64,000 nucleotides of DNA, from assembly GCA_963720755.1 (NCBI GenBank), contig CAVRGP010000011.1, positions 288,001 through 352,000 on the forward strand, given 5' to 3'. Each line of letters starts with the position of its first letter. The stretch's first letter is position 1. This DNA comes from an uncultured Chloroflexia bacterium (GTDB taxonomy: Bacteria > Chloroflexota > Limnocylindria > Limnocylindrales > CSP1-4). Positions 10,692 to 20,060 of the stretch are shown here, one piece after another. The notes beneath the pieces are model-generated. The model saw only the letters and a program-made list of their open reading frames with translations. It had not been told where the DNA came from and ran no database searches. Made by a program: the position numbers and the translations under genes.

Positions 10692-10875
10692 TGCCCGAAG
10701 GGGCCGACAGGTTCGAGGGAACCGAGATCACATCAAGGGACCCTCGCTCCGCCGCCGGTCGCTTCGGGCGCTTCGTTGCCGCGACGCGCCTGTCTCACGA
10801 CGAGCGCCGGCGTGGCCCGCCCGACGGGACGTGATCGGCATCCCGGTGTCGATTCGCTCGTCGGGCCGGTGAAGC
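10692..10875 (+). ncRNA. ssrS: Probable 6S RNA (rod-like hairpin with a central bubble)
   Basis: About 175-185 nt with nested pairings GGCCGAC/GTCGGGCC, GGGA/TCCC, GATCACATC/GACGTGATC, then a central bubble, CGCCGG/CCGGCG and an apical GGCGC/GCGCC. Lies directly after a promoter. Confidence 0.6.
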
Positions 10876-10918
10876 CTCCCGCCTCGACGATCGATCGCGA
10901 TGCGCAGTGGAGGCAGCC

Positions 10919-11797
10919 ATGTCCCGCCCGATGGCCGAGATCGACCCGACGATCCCGATCCGACCCGACGAACAGCCCGCTCGCATCGCCGCATTGGTGG
11001 CGGCGGTCCGGACGCGGGTGTCGCTCGTGCCGGACGTCGCGATCGTCCTGGGTTCCGGGTTGGGCGACCTGGCCGATGATCTCACCGATCCAGTCGCGAT
11101 CCCGTTCGCCGATCTGCCCGGTTGGCCCGCCGCGACCGCCCCGGGCCATGCCGGACGACTCCTCCTTGGCCGGCTCGGGGGTCGGCCGGTCGCGATGCTC
11201 CAGGGCCAATTCCACCTGTACGAGGGGTTCGACCCGGGGCTCGTCATCGAGCCGGTGTTGCTGTTCAAGGCGCTCGGGGCGCGGATCGTCGTCCTCACCA
11301 ATGCGGCCGGGGGGCTCGATCCGTCGTTCGGCCCGGGCGCGCTCATGGTGATGCGGGATCACATCAACCTGACAGGTCGAAGCCCGCTCATCGGTCCCAA
11401 TGCGGACGAGCTGGGGTCGCGCTTCCCGGACCTGACCGATGCCTGGAGTCCAAGGCTGCGGGACCGCTTGCATGCGGCCGGGAAAGCCGAGGGGGTGCCA
11501 CTCGTGGAAGGCGTCTACATCGGCCTGACCGGTCCCAACTACGAGACACCCGCCGAAGTGCGGATGCTTGCGGCCATGGGTGGCCATGCCGTCGGGATGT
11601 CCACGATCCTCGAGTGCATCGCCGCCCGCTGGGTCGGGCTCGAGGTCTGCGGGGTGTCCCTGGTGACGAACGCCGGGGCAGGGTACACGGGGTCCCCGCT
11701 GACCCACGACGAAGTCCTGGCCTCCGGCCAGGTCTCCGGTCCGCGTCTGGCTCGCGTGATCAGGCGATTCGTGACCGACCTGCCGGCCCGAGACTGA
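10919..11797 (+). CDS. punA: Purine-nucleoside phosphorylase (trimeric PNP-I type)
   Basis: IVLGSGLG, HLYEG, TNAAGG, DHIN, GPNYETPAE, VGMST. Confidence 0.93.
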   Translation: MSRPMAEIDPTIPIRPDEQPARIAALVAAVRTRVSLVPDVAIVLGSGLGDLADDLTDPVAIPFADLPGWPAATAPGHAGRLLLGRLGGRPVAMLQGQFHLYEGFDPGLVIEPVLLFKALGARIVVLTNAAGGLDPSFGPGALMVMRDHINLTGRSPLIGPNADELGSRFPDLTDAWSPRLRDRLHAAGKAEGVPLVEGVYIGLTGPNYETPAEVRMLAAMGGHAVGMSTILECIAARWVGLEVCGVSLVTNAGAGYTGSPLTHDEVLASGQVSGPRLARVIRRFVTDLPARD

Positions 11798-11843
11798 CCG
11801 GGTACGCGGTCGGCCCCCGACCGACCGCCTCGTTCGACGGTCC

Positions 11844-12728
11844 TCAGGCGACCGGCAAGTCCCGTCCGGCTGCCCGCGCGGCCGTGGCCTTCTCCGCCCA
11901 CGCCTCGAGCACCCGGTCCTTGTGCGGCCGGATCGGGCAGTGTCCGTCACGATTGTTGAACTCGTCGCAGTAGCCCAGCGGCACGCACTTGGGCGCCAGG
12001 AATGACCCGAGGAACGGCGACACGGTGAAGATCTCGTGGCGGATGAGCTGGAACAGGCGACGGATCTCCCATTGGGCCATCGTGCACAGGCGCAGTCCGG
12101 ACATGTGGATCAGCGCTCGAAGGTTGGTGGTCATGACGAGGTTCGTTCGGGTGGCGTTCGGGAACACGAACCGCGCATCCTCGCCCGGCACTCCGGCGCC
12201 GAGCAGGTCGCCGTACAGGCCCAGTGCACCATCGACCTGCTCCTCGTATCTCTCGCGCAGGGCCGGGTCGCCCTCGGCGATCGAGTGGGGGAGCATCGTC
12301 GCGGCGCCCTTGAACTTCACGTAGCGCTGGCTCTGTTGATCGAATGCGACGCCAGCCCGGTGTCGGACGAGCTGGTGCGACAGGGTCCGCGAGACCCCGC
12401 TGATGGCGAAGGTGAAGACGACGTGCTCGATCGTGGAGCCGTGTCCCGATTCGATGACCGAACTGATCAGCCGCTGCATCTTGAGCGCGTCGAAGTCGCC
12501 GTCGACGGCCCGCTGGAAGATCACGTCGGGGTCCTGCTCCGAATAGCAGGTCCGGCATGCGGTGTAGATGATCGGGACATAGAAGCGATCGACGATGTCA
12601 CGGTCCGGGAAGACCAAGGTGGCCCGCATCCCGAGGTCTCGCCGGCCCGGGTTCTTCGGGATGCCGCTCTTCTCTCGGGCCGGATCGGAGGCCCCGGGCC
12701 CCGCGGGCTGATTCGTCTGGGTCGTCAT
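11844..12728 (-). CDS. thyX: FAD-dependent thymidylate synthase
   Basis: GHGSTIEH; HQLVRHRAGVAFDQQSQRY (RHR-x7-S motif); EDARFVFPNA; AQWEIR. Confidence 0.93.
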   Translation of the reverse strand: MTTQTNQPAGPGASDPAREKSGIPKNPGRRDLGMRATLVFPDRDIVDRFYVPIIYTACRTCYSEQDPDVIFQRAVDGDFDALKMQRLISSVIESGHGSTIEHVVFTFAISGVSRTLSHQLVRHRAGVAFDQQSQRYVKFKGAATMLPHSIAEGDPALRERYEEQVDGALGLYGDLLGAGVPGEDARFVFPNATRTNLVMTTNLRALIHMSGLRLCTMAQWEIRRLFQLIRHEIFTVSPFLGSFLAPKCVPLGYCDEFNNRDGHCPIRPHKDRVLEAWAEKATAARAAGRDLPVA

Positions 12729-12737
12729 CCGCACATC

Positions 12738-15506
12738 CTACGACGCCGACTCGCCATGGACGTTCCGGTCGGTGTCGCCGAGCGCATAGGCGACCGCTTC
12801 ATCCAACGTCAAGGCAGCGCCTTCGCCCGCGAGTCTGTTGAGATCGTCCGACGCCATCTGCGATCGGATCCCAGGGCGCGCGCCGACTTCGAAGGTGTCC
12901 TCCACGAACCGGGCCAGGTCTGTCCCTGTCTCGGTCGTCAGGTTCCGGGCCGCGCCGTGCAGGCGGGCCGCCCGCGGCAGGTCGCCCTCGGCGACGGCGA
13001 TCGCCGACATGTCGTCCAGGCACAGGGTGAGGCCGGCGGCGTCGCCCGAAGCGTGGAAATGGCGGATCGCTTCCTCGACACATGCCCGAGCCTCTGACAG
13101 CTCGCCATTCCTCAGGAGCGCGGTTCCGAGCATGTGCAGGCTCCACGCCTCCATCGTCAGGTCTCCCACCTCATGGAACATCGCCAGGGCGGTTCGGAAC
13201 CACTCGACGCCGTATCCGGGCACCTTGCGGAAGTACTCGTGATTGCCGATGCCCCACGTGGCATTGGCTTCGCCGCGCAGGTCCCCGATCTTGTGATAGA
13301 GATCGCGCGCGTGCTGGAGGAGCCCGAGCCCGATCGGATCCGGATCTGGGATCATGGCGCCCTCGGCGTCCATCTCCGGGACGGCGTCCGCGAACGAGGC
13401 GTTGTAGTACGCATTGGCCAGCTCGCTGGGGTCGTCCAGTCCCTGCCAGATCGTCAGCGCCTCGTCATACCAGCCCTTCATGGCCAGCAGGTCGCCCTGC
13501 CACCAGCAGGTCCCGCCGAGCGCTTCGACCAGCTTCGCCCGAAGGCGTGGGTCCGATCGCGACCAGTCGGCGGCGGCCATCGCGGTGAGGCGACGTCGCG
13601 CCTCGGCCAGGTGACCGTGCTTCTGCCAGAACCGCCACATGTCGAACGCGACCCCGATGGCCACGGCGGCGTGGCCGGCCTCGACTGCGCGATCGAGGAT
13701 CGCCCGCACGTCGTCGTGTTCCGCCTCGAGTCGGTCGAGCCAGCGCCGCTGCCCCGGACCGGACTCCTCGGCGGCCGCCCGCTTGACCAGGGCGACATAC
13801 CAGTCGCGGTGCCGATCGCGGACCAACTCGAGTTCACCGCCGGCCCCGAGTCGTTCTGCGGCGAATTCCCGGATGGTGTCGAGCATCCGGAACCGTGGTT
13901 CCCCGTCGCCCGTCTCCTCGACCTTCACCAGGCTCTGGTCGGCGAGGGTCATCAGGCCGTCGAGGAGGTCGCCACCGATCTCCTCGTTCGGCCCACACAC
14001 GGCATCGGCGGATTCGAGATCACAACCGCTCGAGAATATGGACATCCGCTCCAGGAGCCGCCTGCCACCGTCGTCGAGCAGCTCGTAGCTCCAGGCGATC
14101 GCGCCGCGCAAGGTCTGCTGTCGAGCTGGCAGATCGCGCGAGCCCGCGGCGAGGATGTCAAGTTGGTGATCCAGGCGGGCGAGGATGGCCTCCGGAGACA
14201 GGATCTTCACCCGGGCCGCCGCGAGCTCGATGGCCAACGGCATGCCCTGGAGCCGGGCAGAGATGGCGGCGACCGCCGGCGCATTGTCATTGTCCACGCG
14301 GAAACCTGGACGCACCGCGACCGCGCGCTCGATGAACAGCTGCACCGCGGCGTATTGTCCGAGCGCGTCGAGGTCGATGGTCCGCATCTCGCCGGATCGC
14401 TGCATCCGGTCGATGCCCGACTGATGGCTGGGGTCCGGGGGGGCGGCCAGACCGGGGACGGGATACTCCTGCTCTCCGGAGACGTGGAGGACCGCGCGAC
14501 TGGTGACCACCACTTTGAGGCCGGGCGCCGACCGGAGGAGGTCGGCCACGATCGGTCCCGCCTCGACGACCTGCTCGAAATTGTCGAGGACCAGCAGCAC
14601 CTGCTTATCCCGCAGCCAGTCGATGAGCGAATCGAGGATCGGGCGGGTCGACCCCTCGACGATGCCCACGGCGCTGGCGATCCGAGGGGCGACCAGCATC
14701 GGATCACGGATCGGCGCGAGCGGGACGAAGTAGGCGCCGTCGGGAAAGTCGTCGGATGCCAGGCTGGCCAGCTGCAGCGACAGGCGCGTCTTGCCGGTGC
14801 CGCCTGGCCCGCTGAGGGTCAGCATTCGGGTCATCGCCAGGAGCGACGCAGCCTCGGCAAGTTCGGCATCCCGCCCGACGAACGTGGTCAGCTGGGTGGG
14901 CAGGTTGTTCGGGTGGACCTCGACCGTCCGGATCGGCGGGAACTCGGCCTGGAGGCCGTCCGCCGCGACCTGGAGGATCCGGACCGGCGCACTGAGGTCT
15001 TTGAGGCGATGCTCGCCGAGGTCGAGGAGTCGCACGCCGTCCGCCGGCACCTCCCCAGCGAGCTCCCCGGACAGCCCGGAGATCAGGATCTGGCCGCCGT
15101 GGGCGGCGGCGGCGATCCGGGCCGCCTGATTGATGGGGATCCCGACATAGCTGTCACCGACCCGCTCCGCACCGCCCGTGTGCAGACCCATCCGCACGCG
15201 GAGCGGGGCATCTTCCGGCCACGGTTCATGGGCCAGCGCACGTTGGCCATCGACCGCCGCCGCGATCGCCGGCGGCACCTCCTCGAACAGGACGAAGAAC
15301 GAATCGCCCTCCGTACCCTGCTCGAACCCGCGGTATCTGGTCCAGACCGCACGGAGCAGATCCCGGTGTCGAGCGAGGAGCTGGCCGTAGCGCTCCCGTC
15401 CGATCCGGCCCTCGAGGCTGGTCGAGCCCTCGATATCCGAGAAGAGGAACGTGAACGTGCCGCGCGTCGGTGCCGCGATCGCGTCGACGTTCGGCTCGCT
15501 GGTCAT
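12738..15506 (-). CDS. Class III nucleotide cyclase + STAND/NB-ARC-like ATPase + TPR protein
   Basis: TFLFSDIEGST, TEGDSF, RMGLHTG, NQAAR; GPGGTGKT, LVLDNFEQ, GMPLAIELAAA; TPR-like C-terminus. Confidence 0.92.
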   Translation of the reverse strand: MTSEPNVDAIAAPTRGTFTFLFSDIEGSTSLEGRIGRERYGQLLARHRDLLRAVWTRYRGFEQGTEGDSFFVLFEEVPPAIAAAVDGQRALAHEPWPEDAPLRVRMGLHTGGAERVGDSYVGIPINQAARIAAAAHGGQILISGLSGELAGEVPADGVRLLDLGEHRLKDLSAPVRILQVAADGLQAEFPPIRTVEVHPNNLPTQLTTFVGRDAELAEAASLLAMTRMLTLSGPGGTGKTRLSLQLASLASDDFPDGAYFVPLAPIRDPMLVAPRIASAVGIVEGSTRPILDSLIDWLRDKQVLLVLDNFEQVVEAGPIVADLLRSAPGLKVVVTSRAVLHVSGEQEYPVPGLAAPPDPSHQSGIDRMQRSGEMRTIDLDALGQYAAVQLFIERAVAVRPGFRVDNDNAPAVAAISARLQGMPLAIELAAARVKILSPEAILARLDHQLDILAAGSRDLPARQQTLRGAIAWSYELLDDGGRRLLERMSIFSSGCDLESADAVCGPNEEIGGDLLDGLMTLADQSLVKVEETGDGEPRFRMLDTIREFAAERLGAGGELELVRDRHRDWYVALVKRAAAEESGPGQRRWLDRLEAEHDDVRAILDRAVEAGHAAVAIGVAFDMWRFWQKHGHLAEARRRLTAMAAADWSRSDPRLRAKLVEALGGTCWWQGDLLAMKGWYDEALTIWQGLDDPSELANAYYNASFADAVPEMDAEGAMIPDPDPIGLGLLQHARDLYHKIGDLRGEANATWGIGNHEYFRKVPGYGVEWFRTALAMFHEVGDLTMEAWSLHMLGTALLRNGELSEARACVEEAIRHFHASGDAAGLTLCLDDMSAIAVAEGDLPRAARLHGAARNLTTETGTDLARFVEDTFEVGARPGIRSQMASDDLNRLAGEGAALTLDEAVAYALGDTDRNVHGESAS

Positions 15507-15516
15507 GGGTCGGTGA

Positions 15517-15945
15517 TCAAGGCTCGTCAGCTTCGGTGAGATCCCGCAGACGGCTGGCCACACCCCGCAGGATCGCGATCGCGACCCGAGGTTCCTCGAC
15601 CATGACCGCTTCCAGGTCCCACGATGCAAGGGCCAGGCATGTCGTCGGTCCGATCGCCACGACCTGGGCGACGCGAGGTCGCCCATCGAGCAGCGACAGC
15701 TCGCCGAAGAAATCGCCCGGGCCGAGTGTGGCGATCACGACTCCGTCGCGGACCACGCAGGCCCCACCGCTGACGACGACGTAGAAGCCGGTCCCGATCT
15801 CACCCTGGTGGACGATGACGTGATCGGCCGGGAATGCCACCTCGACCGCTGCAGACGCGATGCGTGCCATGCCGTCGGGGTCGACACCGTCGAACAGGCG
15901 GACGGCCGCCAGCGTGTCCGCCTTGCGCTCGCGCGTCAGGGTCAT
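15517..15945 (-). CDS. Stand-alone cyclic nucleotide-binding domain protein
   Basis: IVHQGEIG.GFYVVVSG; phosphate-binding cassette GPGDFFGELSLLDGRPRVA; no HTH. Confidence 0.92.
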   Translation of the reverse strand: MTLTRERKADTLAAVRLFDGVDPDGMARIASAAVEVAFPADHVIVHQGEIGTGFYVVVSGGACVVRDGVVIATLGPGDFFGELSLLDGRPRVAQVVAIGPTTCLALASWDLEAVMVEEPRVAIAILRGVASRLRDLTEADEP

Positions 15946-16037
15946 CGTTGGTCTCCCTCCAGACGTTGCCCGTCATGCTGCCCCCGCCGGGGAGGGGCGT
16001 CAACACGCGGGAGGTCTCGCCGGCCGTCCCCGGCCGA

Positions 16038-18125
16038 TCAGACCAATCGACGCTCGATCCGCTCCTGCCAGTCGCGGCGAAAGAACGGGTCGCCATCGAT
16101 GTCGACCTCCAGCTCGACGGACAGGTCGAATGCCCCGGCGTCGCTTGTCTGCCTCGAGTGCGCCCGGATCTCCGTCTGGAACGCGTGCTCCTGCCAGCGA
16201 TAGACGACGTCCGCCTCCAGGCTCGCGTGGGCCGGGTCTGCGTCGCTGGCGGTCATGGCCAGCGTCTCGGCGGCGTACAGCCGCCGGCCGTCCTCGAGCA
16301 CGTCCTCACCGCCGTCGTGGACGGACACCGTGACGGTCCCGGCCAGGACGTCCGTCGTGATCTGCCAGGCAGGCGGATCGGTCCGACCGTCGCCCCCGAC
16401 CTCGGGCAGCTCCGGCGGCGTCGACTTGAACAAGGGGACGGCCGCATCGCCCGCACCGCCGGCTGGCGGGATGACGGGCAGGATCAGGCGCGAAGGAGTG
16501 GCCGGGCCGTGATACAACGCGAAGTCGCAGGCCGAGGGCGACGGCCAGATCACCGGCCACGATGACGATGCCACGGAGAGCCGGATGCGATGCCCCGGGA
16601 GCCAGCGGTAGCCCGCCGGTCGGAGGGCGATCCGGATCGTCTCGATCCGATCCGGAAGCATCGGCCGGGGATCCTCATGGGACTCCCGATGGGTGAGGTT
16701 GAGCACGCCCGCCGTGACCTGGGCGGAGGTCCCATCGGGAGCGACGTCGGTCAGGCGGACCACCGCCGTGGCCACCGGGGCCGACGCGGCAAGATGCAGA
16801 ACGACAGCCGGTACGCCGAGGATCTCGACCGGATCGACCAGGGGCGCGGAGGTATAGGTCGGGCCGAGCGACTCGTCCGGACGGAGGTCTCGACCCAGGC
16901 CGTTGGGCTCGCCGCCGGCGCCCCAGGACAGCGCCGCCTGCGTCCCGACGGTGGCCCGATGCGGATACCGGTCAACGCCGTCCGGGCCGGCGGAAGGGGC
17001 CGTCCCGAGTGAGCCGACGAGGGGCCACGCGCCCACGCTGAGGTACCACTCGCGCTCGACGGTGGATGGATGCGGGTAGGCCGTCGCGGCCCGCCAGCGA
17101 CCGGGCAGCTCGACGGGGAACGGTTGCGGGTCCGCGTATTCGCGTTCGAACCAGGTCACGGCGGGCTCCGTCTCGGAACCGTTCGGGAGGCCCTTGAGCC
17201 AGTGATCGAAGAAGCGAACGACCTCATGGAGTTCGTCGACGTTCGGACCCGGGATCGCCGACGATGGCCAGCCATGGACCCAATTCCCGATGAGCGTGCG
17301 ACTCGGGGCGCGACACGCTGCCTGCATCCGCAGCGCGGCGTCGACGTACGAATCCATCCAGCCGCCGACATTGAGGATCGCCGCCTCGATGGCGTCGTAG
17401 TCGGGTGCCAGTGAGCCCTGTCGCCAGTACGGGCCATCGTGTTGCCGTCGAAGCCATTCGATCAGCCACGGTGGGGTCGCCTCGAGTCGAGCCAGCCACT
17501 CGTCCTTCCAGCCGGTTCCGCGGAAGGCCGGGTCGGGCGGCATCGCGTTCATCCCGACCTGGCTCACGGCGTACTGGGACAACTCGCTGGCGGTCACGCA
17601 GCCGCCGAGGTAGTGCACGTCGGTCAGGTACCGGTCATCGGTCCCCTGGACCGGCACGATGGCGCGAAGATGCGGGGGACGGAGCTTGGCGACCTGGATC
17701 GAGGTGAATGCGCCGTAGCTGATGCCCCACATCCCGACCGAGCCATCGCACCACGGCTGGGCGGCCAACCATTCGACCGCATCGTAGCCGTCGAGCGTCT
17801 CGGCCTCGGTGTACTCGTCGACGGCGATCCCTTCCGAGGAGCCGGTCCCACGCACGTCGACCCGACACAGGACGTAGCCGCGCCGTGCGAAGTAGGTCCC
17901 CCGGGCGATGTCGGTGTTGCGGCGCCAGTTGTCCTTGCCATACGGGATCATCTCGAGGATCGCCGGGAACCGGTCCGGTCCACCGTCGATCGCCCGCGGG
18001 CGCCAAAGGTTGGCCGACAGGTCGATCCCGTCACGTGACGGGATACGGGCGTCCCAGGTCGTGTCGACGTCGTGACTCGGCTGGCTGGCAGGTCGGCCCA
18101 GGGCAGCATCGATCAGGGACATCAA
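16038..18125 (-). CDS. CocE/NonD family hydrolase
   Basis: PYGK, DVRGTGSSEG, GMWGISYG nucleophile elbow, GGWMDSY, GNWVH. Confidence 0.93.
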   Translation of the reverse strand: MMSLIDAALGRPASQPSHDVDTTWDARIPSRDGIDLSANLWRPRAIDGGPDRFPAILEMIPYGKDNWRRNTDIARGTYFARRGYVLCRVDVRGTGSSEGIAVDEYTEAETLDGYDAVEWLAAQPWCDGSVGMWGISYGAFTSIQVAKLRPPHLRAIVPVQGTDDRYLTDVHYLGGCVTASELSQYAVSQVGMNAMPPDPAFRGTGWKDEWLARLEATPPWLIEWLRRQHDGPYWRQGSLAPDYDAIEAAILNVGGWMDSYVDAALRMQAACRAPSRTLIGNWVHGWPSSAIPGPNVDELHEVVRFFDHWLKGLPNGSETEPAVTWFEREYADPQPFPVELPGRWRAATAYPHPSTVEREWYLSVGAWPLVGSLGTAPSAGPDGVDRYPHRATVGTQAALSWGAGGEPNGLGRDLRPDESLGPTYTSAPLVDPVEILGVPAVVLHLAASAPVATAVVRLTDVAPDGTSAQVTAGVLNLTHRESHEDPRPMLPDRIETIRIALRPAGYRWLPGHRIRLSVASSSWPVIWPSPSACDFALYHGPATPSRLILPVIPPAGGAGDAAVPLFKSTPPELPEVGGDGRTDPPAWQITTDVLAGTVTVSVHDGGEDVLEDGRRLYAAETLAMTASDADPAHASLEADVVYRWQEHAFQTEIRAHSRQTSDAGAFDLSVELEVDIDGDPFFRRDWQERIERRLV

Positions 18126-18188
18126 CTGAGTCTACGGAACCGACGACCCGGGCGGGCGGGGAACGCCGCCACATGCGACGATGCCGGG

Positions 18189-18749
18189 ATGGCCGAGGAC
18201 CTCCCCACCCGAAGCGGTCCGTGGCTCCGCCGCGAACGACGGATCGCCTATGAGAATGACTGGGTCACGGTCTGGCACGACGAGGTCACCCGTCCGGACG
18301 GGGCGCCCGGCATCTATGGCGTCGTCCATTTCGCGAACCTCGCGGCCGGGGTGATCGTCATCGACGACGCGGATCGGGTCCTGCTCGTGGGCCAGCACCG
18401 CTATGCCCTCGACGCCTATTCGTGGGAGATCCCGGAAGGGGGCGTCCCTGAGGGTGAGAGCGCGCTCGATGGGGCCCGGCGAGAGTTGCGCGAGGAAACC
18501 GGCGTCGAAGCGAGGACCTGGCGCGAACTGGCCCGTGTCCATCTCTCGAACAGCGTCTCGGACGAACTCGCCGTCCTGTTCCTGGCGACGGAGCTGACCC
18601 ACGGTACCGCCGACCCGGACGGCACAGAAGACCTGGAGACCCGCTGGCTCCCGTTCGACGACGTCCTGGCGATGACCCTCGGCGGTACGATCTCGGATGC
18701 GATGACGGTCATCGCCGTCGAACGCCTCGCGCTCGAGCGGGTGGGGTAG
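18189..18749 (+). CDS. NUDIX hydrolase (ADP-ribose pyrophosphatase-like)
   Basis: Nudix box GGVPEGESALDGARRELREETG. Confidence 0.93.
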   Translation: MAEDLPTRSGPWLRRERRIAYENDWVTVWHDEVTRPDGAPGIYGVVHFANLAAGVIVIDDADRVLLVGQHRYALDAYSWEIPEGGVPEGESALDGARRELREETGVEARTWRELARVHLSNSVSDELAVLFLATELTHGTADPDGTEDLETRWLPFDDVLAMTLGGTISDAMTVIAVERLALERVG

Positions 18750-18758
18750 GGTCGACCG

Positions 18759-19943
18759 ATGGACGGACGCCGACGAGACTGGGACGCCATCGTGGTTGGG
18801 TTGGGGGCGATCGGGTCGGCGTCCACGTACTGGTTGAGCCGGACGCTGGGCGACCGGGTGCTTGGCCTGGAGCGCTTCGAGCTGGGCCATGCCAACGGCG
18901 CATCGGAGGACCACAGCCGGATCATCCGCCTTTCCTACCATCGGCCCGACTACGTCCGCCTGGCCCGCAGAGCGTACGAGAGCTGGGCCGAGGTGGAGGC
19001 CGAGGCGGATGGCCAGATCGTGACCGTGACCGGCGGCCTCGACCTCTGGCCTGCCGACCCGGCGATCCCGATGGCCGACTACACGGACAGTCTCAGCGCC
19101 GAACGCGTCCCGTTCGAGCTGCTCGATGCAGCCGAGGTCCGCCGACGCTGGCCACAGTGGCGGATCGCCGACGACGTGACTGCGATGTGGCAGGCGCAGG
19201 GCGGGTTGGCCGATCCGTTCCGAGGCAATGCCGCACACCGTCGGCTGGCTGTGGCGCGCGGAGCGACCCTGCTGGATCGCACGCCGGTGACGGCCATCCG
19301 CGACACCGGAGGCGGCGATCTCGAGGTCGTGACCGAGTCGGACACCTACCGGACCGGGCGGGTCGTCCTCGCCGCCGACGCCTGGACCAACCAGCTCCTC
19401 GCGCCGTTCGACCGACGACTGCCGCTGACCGTCACCAAGGAGCAGGTGACGTACTTCGCCTGTCCGGATCCTGCTGCCTTCATGCCCGACCGCTTCCCGG
19501 TCTGGATCTGGATGGACGAGCCGTCGTTCTATGGGTTCCCGACCTACGGCGAGGCTGGTCCCAAGGCGGCCCAGGATTGCGGTGGCGAGCCGGTCGATCC
19601 CGAAACCCGGACGTTCGACCGCGATGATGCCGCCTTCTCGCGACTGGAGGCATTCCTTGGCGCCAACCTGCCAGGAGCCCTGGGCCCGCCGATCTACACG
19701 AAGACCTGCCTCTATACGCTGACTCCCGACCGGGATTTCGTGGTCGACCGATTGCCCGAGGCGCCCGGTGTCGTGGTCGGCCTGGGCGCCGGTCACGGCT
19801 TCAAGTTCGCCTCGGTCCTCGGCCGGATCCTCGCTGAACTGAGCGTTTCTGGCGCGACGCCTTCTGCCGCTGAACTGACCGGGTTTCGGATCGACCGGCC
19901 CATCCTGCTGGAGGCGGATCCGCCGACATCCTGGATGATCTGA
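18759..19943 (+). CDS. solA: N-methyl-L-tryptophan oxidase / monomeric sarcosine oxidase
   Basis: VGLGAIGS, GASEDHSRIIR, TCLYTLTPD, GHGFKFA. Confidence 0.85.
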   Translation: MDGRRRDWDAIVVGLGAIGSASTYWLSRTLGDRVLGLERFELGHANGASEDHSRIIRLSYHRPDYVRLARRAYESWAEVEAEADGQIVTVTGGLDLWPADPAIPMADYTDSLSAERVPFELLDAAEVRRRWPQWRIADDVTAMWQAQGGLADPFRGNAAHRRLAVARGATLLDRTPVTAIRDTGGGDLEVVTESDTYRTGRVVLAADAWTNQLLAPFDRRLPLTVTKEQVTYFACPDPAAFMPDRFPVWIWMDEPSFYGFPTYGEAGPKAAQDCGGEPVDPETRTFDRDDAAFSRLEAFLGANLPGALGPPIYTKTCLYTLTPDRDFVVDRLPEAPGVVVGLGAGHGFKFASVLGRILAELSVSGATPSAAELTGFRIDRPILLEADPPTSWMI

Positions 19944-20060
19944 CGCCCCGGGCGCGGCGACCGGATCGGCGCATCCAGCGGGACGATTTGCGTAGACGGC
20001 GAGGCTGTGCCACCGTACGACACGCTGGGCGCGGAGGGCCCGCTAGGAGGAGACCACACG

